From the NCBI GenBank assembly GCA_951406725.2, contig OX597834.1:14322001-14386000 (forward strand): a stretch of 64,000 bases of DNA. Reading direction: 5' to 3'. Below are positions 56,426 to 64,000 of this stretch, one piece after another. Both the position numbers and the translations under genes were made by a program. The notes beneath the pieces were generated by a model. It saw nothing but the letters and a program-made list of their open reading frames with translations, was not told the origin of the DNA and did not search any database. Source of the stretch: Octopus vulgaris. Taxonomy: Eukaryota. The stretch's first letter is position 1. Each line of letters starts with the position of its first letter.

Positions 56426-56716
56426 TATATAATGGACTTAAAATGATTATCTAATAAAATTTGAAGTTGAGCTTGTTCGTATCTAAATTTACGGACAGCT
56501 TTACATCATTCAACGCAGAGTAGTTAAAATAAAATCGGTAAACAGCAACATTGAAGGAAACCAAGTGAAGACCCTGAAGATACTGCACCGGTATTTTTAG
56601 TAGGGTTCGTCTAAATTAGTATATATGCAAATCAAGAAATAAAGGTAACGTTATGCAAATTCGTACAAATCCCTATTAATAATATTGGTGATAAAATACA
56701 TATATGTAAGTATTTT

Positions 56717-56758
<42 letters not shown>

Positions 56759-56924
56759 CAAAATGAGGGTGAAAAATTGGATATTAATTATATAACATCA
56801 ATTTTGACACCAGTGGTTTAGCATATAAAAAAACTGAGTTTCAGTAAATAGTATTTCCTACATAAATGTAAGAGGGAATTTTTTAACGACTATATGGAAA
56901 CCCTTATGTATATATATGTATATA

Positions 56925-56987
<63 letters not shown>

Positions 56988-57052
56988 ATATATATATATA
57001 TATATGTATGTATATATATATATATATATATACATATACATACATACATACC

Positions 57053-57083
<31 letters not shown>

Positions 57084-57511
57084 ACATGCATGCATATGTA
57101 CACTCACGCTCACACACACGTACACATATACGAAGCTGTTCGTGTATTTTCTCTTATATGGATTTCATTTGATATAATCATATGTAGCCCTACTTCACCT
57201 CGACCTCTCTGTTTGCATGATGGCACGGTCGATACGTGATTATAACCTTCCGGGTTTATTTGAGAGGGAATTCTAGCAACTGGCATTTTTATCTCGAAGT
57301 AAGTAGGTAGACCCCCATACTTCAAAAGAGAGCAATGAATGAGCCTTATTAGATTTACATGGCTAATATTGAGAAGCTGACACAAGATACCTGTCATTTA
57401 CGGAATTCCCTTCGATATTTGTATGAACACAACGGTCGAACGATATATAGTACATCAATTCCACCAGAAATATTTCCAAATATATACATATAAATATACG
57501 TATATCTATGA

Positions 57512-57553
<42 letters not shown>

Positions 57554-57694
57554 TATATACATATTTATATATGTATATATGTATAATATACATGTGTATA
57601 TATACAGATATATATATATATATATTATATATGTATAATGTACATATATGTATATATACATGTATATTTATATATATGCATATACATATACATA

Positions 57695-57733
<39 letters not shown>

Positions 57734-57738
<5 letters not shown>

Positions 57739-57775
57739 TCCTTCAGTTGTTAAGTGTCGGTATATAAACAATACA

Positions 57776-57844
<69 letters not shown>

Positions 57845-57881
57845 TATTTATATACCTACACTTAACTACTGAAGAAATATA
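57734..57881. repeat. ~41-bp imperfect inverted repeat arms enclosing (CA)n(TA)n
   Basis: tatattccttcagttgttaagtgtcggtatataaacaatac / gtattatttatatacctacacttaactactgaagaaatata. Confidence 0.85.
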
Positions 57882-58678
57882 CTTTCATTAGTTGGCAGCC
57901 TAATATATTTTGCCGTGTATTTCATAACGTGTTATTGCAGAAATATCGCTTTTCTTCTTAAGGACATTAGGTTGACCGTGCCTTGAAGCTGATTCACAGG
58001 AAATCAGATAAATTCAACAAGGAAAATATCATGCGAGAATTAACGATTATTGGTTGAGTAATTCTAGTAGAATTGCGTAACGTATACATTTTTGCCTTTC
58101 AGAAATACAAGTGATTTCTAGTTGGAGGCGATGACATTTTGATTCGATAATCCTCTTAAAAAAGAAAACATGTTATATATTTATATGTTAACTACACTGG
58201 CCTTGAATGAATTGTATTACTGCAAGAAAAATGAATGTATCTCTGCTCTAGTATATTCTTCTACAAAATGCATGCGAGCCATTAAGGTGTGAAATTTATT
58301 AAATGTCCCTAAGGCAGCGAGACCATTTGCCTGTGTTTTATATACGTCGAGCAGCCGACTACCGCAATCAATCATTATACGATGACAGGAATTCAATAAG
58401 TTCAGAGCACTGGCTTTTCGAATTTTGCCGCTGGCGGGGAGAAAACATCTGAGAAAATCATGCATCAAAGAATTTGGTTAGAGCAGCTGCGAAATGACTC
58501 TGTATTTACATCTACCTCTCCACAGCGAGAAATATTTTCTGCGAAACAAAATAGAGCGCATAGCTTTTTTACAGGTTCGAATATGCCTCAAAGGCGTTTC
58601 AATGGTTACAAATTTATATTTACACGCATCACTACTGAGGGCTGAGAATCTATCTATTTATCTGTCAATGTATCTATA

Positions 58679-58734
<56 letters not shown>

Positions 58735-58840
58735 CCTTTTGATCGAAAACCAAACCCCCTTCTTTTACCCCCAAAAGAAAAGCTCTACCTTGTAATTTTG
58801 TCCTGCCTGTGTGCAGCCCTGTGTGGCTAATAAAGAAACA

Positions 58841-59079
<239 letters not shown>

Positions 59080-59084
59080 GATAG

Positions 59085-59270
59085 ATCACTAGCCACTACA
59101 TATTCTTTATTTTGTCTCCTTGTTTCTTTCTGTGTTCCTTTCGGTGGAAGAGCATAGACTCGAAACGTTAAAGAGTTTTTACTTCCTGGGAGTTATACTG
59201 ATACATGTGTCTGTTGTCTACACCACCTGTCTTGGTCTTTTGTCTTTTTTATTTTGTAAATTCTCCCCCC
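59085..59270 (+). mobile_element. Family D2 repeat with degenerate hammerhead-like motif
   Basis: ttcctttcggtggaa-GAGC-atag-ACTC-GAAAC-gttaaagag ... gtctacaccacctg. Confidence 0.65.
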
Positions 59271-59758
59271 TCTCACTTTCTGTATATATATATATATATA
59301 CATACTTCAAGGTCCTTATGTAAGTTTGTTACTGCTCTACGATATCTAATAATGTTTGAGTTGGATATTCGTTTCCTCTAAACCTATAGTTATATTAAAT
59401 ATAACTAATAGAGGTAATATGAATTAAATGACTACATATTTCGTTGTATTATTTTACATAATTTGCATATCAACATCACTTTCTTATCTTATTGTACTCA
59501 TTGGATTCTCGGTAATTTTGAAATTGTGTATATTAAGAAATTATTAACTGTATTAGATATGTAGAAGCTAATGAGAAAATATGCTCACATGGCGATGTTT
59601 CGATCGGTCTATATATGTAACATATTCATAGATAGAACGCATGACAAAATGTTTGTACTGAAAACTGAATTCATAAATGGATATTAAACCCTGAAAACAG
59701 ATGGCATACATATATGCATGTAAATGAAATGTTCATATATATATATATATATATATAG

Positions 59759-59815
<57 letters not shown>

Positions 59816-59850
59816 TAGTTTCATAGATATATAAATGTATGTGTTCTGAT

Positions 59851-59890
<40 letters not shown>

Positions 59891-59930
59891 GTATACATAT
59901 GCACACACTCATATATATAATTATATCTAT

Positions 59931-59975
<45 letters not shown>

Positions 59976-60054
59976 CATAGTTGTTAGTGTATTTTCTCTT
60001 AAATGGAGTTCCTTTCATATGATGACATGGAGCCATAATTCAAGTCAATATCTC

Positions 60055-60104
<50 letters not shown>

Positions 60105-60467
60105 ATGTATGTATGTATGTATGTATACTTGTGCGTTCTCCGTTGCATTTATACACACGTATGTGTTTAGCGGTTTGTTTAATGAGAAGTTCTAAGAGCT
60201 TTACGTTTTTAATACAAGCCCAAGTTTATTAAAATTTTAATTTCCTATCCTCCAGTACAATCAGGACAACAGTGTAGGCGTTACCGTGTTGTAAGAAGCA
60301 TGCTTCGCAACCTGTTGCTTCCGTGTTCAGTCCCACCACTGCATGACACCAGGGGCAAGTGCCTGGTGGAGGCATATGGATAGTTGTTAGGGTGTTGGAC
60401 TCATCATGGTAAGACGCGTTGTTTTCTTGATTAAAACACTTTATTTTATGTTTTTGCAATCCTGGAA

Positions 60468-60852
60468 GCACTCCGTCGGTTACGACGACGAGGATTCCGG
60501 TTGATCCGAATCAACGGAACAGCCTGCTCGTGTAATTAACGTGTAAGTGGCTGAGCACTCCACAGACACGTGTACCCTTAACGTAGTTCTCGGGGATATT
60601 CAGCGAGACACAGAGAGTGACAAGGCCGGCCCTTTGAAATACAGGTACAACAGAAACAGGAAGTAAGAGTGAGAGAAAGTTGTGGTGTGGTGAAAGAGTA
60701 CAGCAGGGATCACCACCATCCCCTGCCGGAGCGTCGTGGAGCTTTAGGTGTTTTCGCTCAATAAACACTCACAACGCCCGGTCTGGGAATCGAAACTGCG
60801 ATCCTATGACCGCGAGTCCGCTGCCCTAACCCCTGGGCCATTGCGCCTCCAC
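60468..60852 (-). mobile_element. SINE family B, full length
   Basis: Reverse complement of 34128-34507 at high identity. Confidence 0.9.
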
Positions 60853-60989
60853 TTCTGCAATCCCCTGAGTTGGCAAAAATGATTAATCTGGCGACAGAGC
60901 AGCCTCCTCGTCCAGGTTGGAAATATACGTTGCCATGGAAACAAGGAAACCGGCCCTATCAGTTCAAGGTAAAGAAGCCAGATCGAATA

Positions 60990-61140
60990 TGAGGTGACAC
61001 TGTGGTTAGCATGCCGGAAATGCTTAACAATATTTCGTTCGGCTTCATATTTTGCTTTCAAATTCCCATGACATTTGCTTTGCATTTCATCCTTTCGAGG
61101 TTCATGAAATAAATACTATTTAAATACGGGGGTCGAAACA
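60990..61140 (+). mobile_element. Diverged SINE C / Meta-domain copy
   Basis: gttagcatgccggaaatgcttaac...tttgcatttcatcctttcgagg. Confidence 0.55.
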
Positions 61141-61166
61141 TTCCAAAATTTCAATAAACAGATATA

Positions 61167-61167
61167 C

Positions 61168-61227
<60 letters not shown>

Positions 61228-61281
61228 CATTATTATTATTATTATCATTTTATTATTATTATTATTATTATTATTATCATT

Positions 61282-61312
<31 letters not shown>

Positions 61313-61344
61313 TATTATTATTAATATTATTATTATTATTATCA

Positions 61345-61380
<36 letters not shown>

Positions 61381-61396
61381 CATCATCATCATTATT
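61167..61396. repeat. (TTA)n microsatellite
   Basis: Direct reading. Confidence 0.95.
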
Positions 61397-62149
61397 GAAA
61401 TACACATCGGTTTAGCGTGAAGCGCGCACAACATAACGTATGTATATATTTGTGTGTTTCGATATCTGTGCAATTTCTTATTTTATATTCCATGCAAGTG
61501 ATAAAAGTTAATGACCCAAATATATCGAAAGCGATTAACAACACTGAACCCCCTAGCTTCGATGTGCACAACCAAATGGTATGTTTCAAATAAGAACTGA
61601 ACTAAGACTTCACAAACTACTTCTTCCAAAACAGGGGAAACTGCTTTCTATTAGTATTGCCGCATTGTTTTCTTGTAGCTCCATCGATCAAAATCTTACA
61701 GTAAGTAAAAAGAGTAAAAGAATGAAAAATTCTGCCAGCTCTTATCAGTTAACGTGAAGAATAATGTCAATGTGACCAGGAATATATTCGAAGCGAATAA
61801 CAGTATAACGTATCGGTTAGAGGTCACAGTTACAGGAGGTTACGGAAGAGCATGCGTACAAACGATATATGTGTTTGCGTTTGTGTGTGGCACAGAATGT
61901 GTGTTCGGTTATTTGTGGTGTATATGTATTTGTGATTATGTGACTATTGAATGATAGATCGACGACGTGTTCAGATATATATACGTATATTCCTTTGTAA
62001 TAAGAATTGTTAAAAAGCATGGCGATTTACAAAATGCACTTCCATCATATTTTTGTGTAATTTGATTTAAGCCTATGTCGGCACTCTCATAATTTGCCTT
62101 GGCATGCGTGCATACGAATTCTCAGCTCTCTCTTCTTCTCCTTTTTCCT

Positions 62150-63337
<1,188 letters not shown>

Positions 63338-64000
63338 ACGCTCGTATATGCACACATACACAAACACATTTACATATGGCTCATTCGATTACTTTTTGCA
63401 TAATTTTTCCCTTACTTATGACATGTGTAATTGCTGTTCTTTTCTATTTCTTCTATTCTCTCAGATGGCGCACACATGTTTCTGTTGCACACTTATTGCG
63501 TCCATAATTCTTACTTTGTTTTCCTTTGTTTTGTTTTTTTGTTTTTTTTTGTATTACATAGAATAAATTTTGATGCGTTTTTGTTTAATTTCTTCGCAGT
63601 AGTCATTCATTTCTTCATTTTGTTTTTTAGTTGTTGCTTTAATTGCAGTTTTTATTGTTATGATGATTTTATTTTAGTTTGACATTTTTGCATATCGATT
63701 GGATCTGAGTGTCGTACCTTTTACCAAGAATAATTTTGATCAGCTGGTGAATTGCTTACATAATGTCTTTCATGTACAAGAATGCAATGCATAACGCCCC
63801 CTTTATTTTTTCACTTTCAATGTTCGTATCTATTGTACATTGAATACGCGCATGTTCACGTTTGCAAGGCTACGAATACATTCTTTCCTTCGTTTTCATA
63901 ATTCTTTTTATCACTTACAATGTTATTGCCTCATTGATATGTATTATAATAGCAATAGTAATGACAGTATTAGTGATACTACTACTACTACTAATAATAA

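Overview
AT-rich, microsatellite-saturated eukaryotic DNA, either intronic or intergenic. The tRNA-headed SINE families and repeat landscape resemble an octopus (coleoid cephalopod) genome; this is inferred from recall, not a database match. No intact protein-coding gene is supported, and almost all ORFs in the track are translations of (TA)n, (CA)n, (TATC)n and (AAT)n repeats. The window holds about 30 copies of three SINE families (A: CORE/V-like; B: tRNA-Arg-like; C: Meta-domain-like). It also holds decayed LINE fragments (R4/Dong-like, CR1, RTE, Penelope), a mariner remnant, Tigger- and hAT-like MITEs and a non-autonomous Helitron. Most notable: (1) a ~210-bp non-coding repeat family embedded in (TA)n that carries a minimal type-I hammerhead-ribozyme motif and occurs as a ~256-bp tandem array, i.e. 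a candidate retrozyme / Penelope-dependent element; (2) a permuted, partly duplicated CCT7 (TCP-1 eta) 5' fragment inside a SINE; (3) a perfect 41-bp inverted repeat enclosing a CTGATGA...GAAAC hammerhead core; (4) recurrent fold-back structures at (TA)n tracts.
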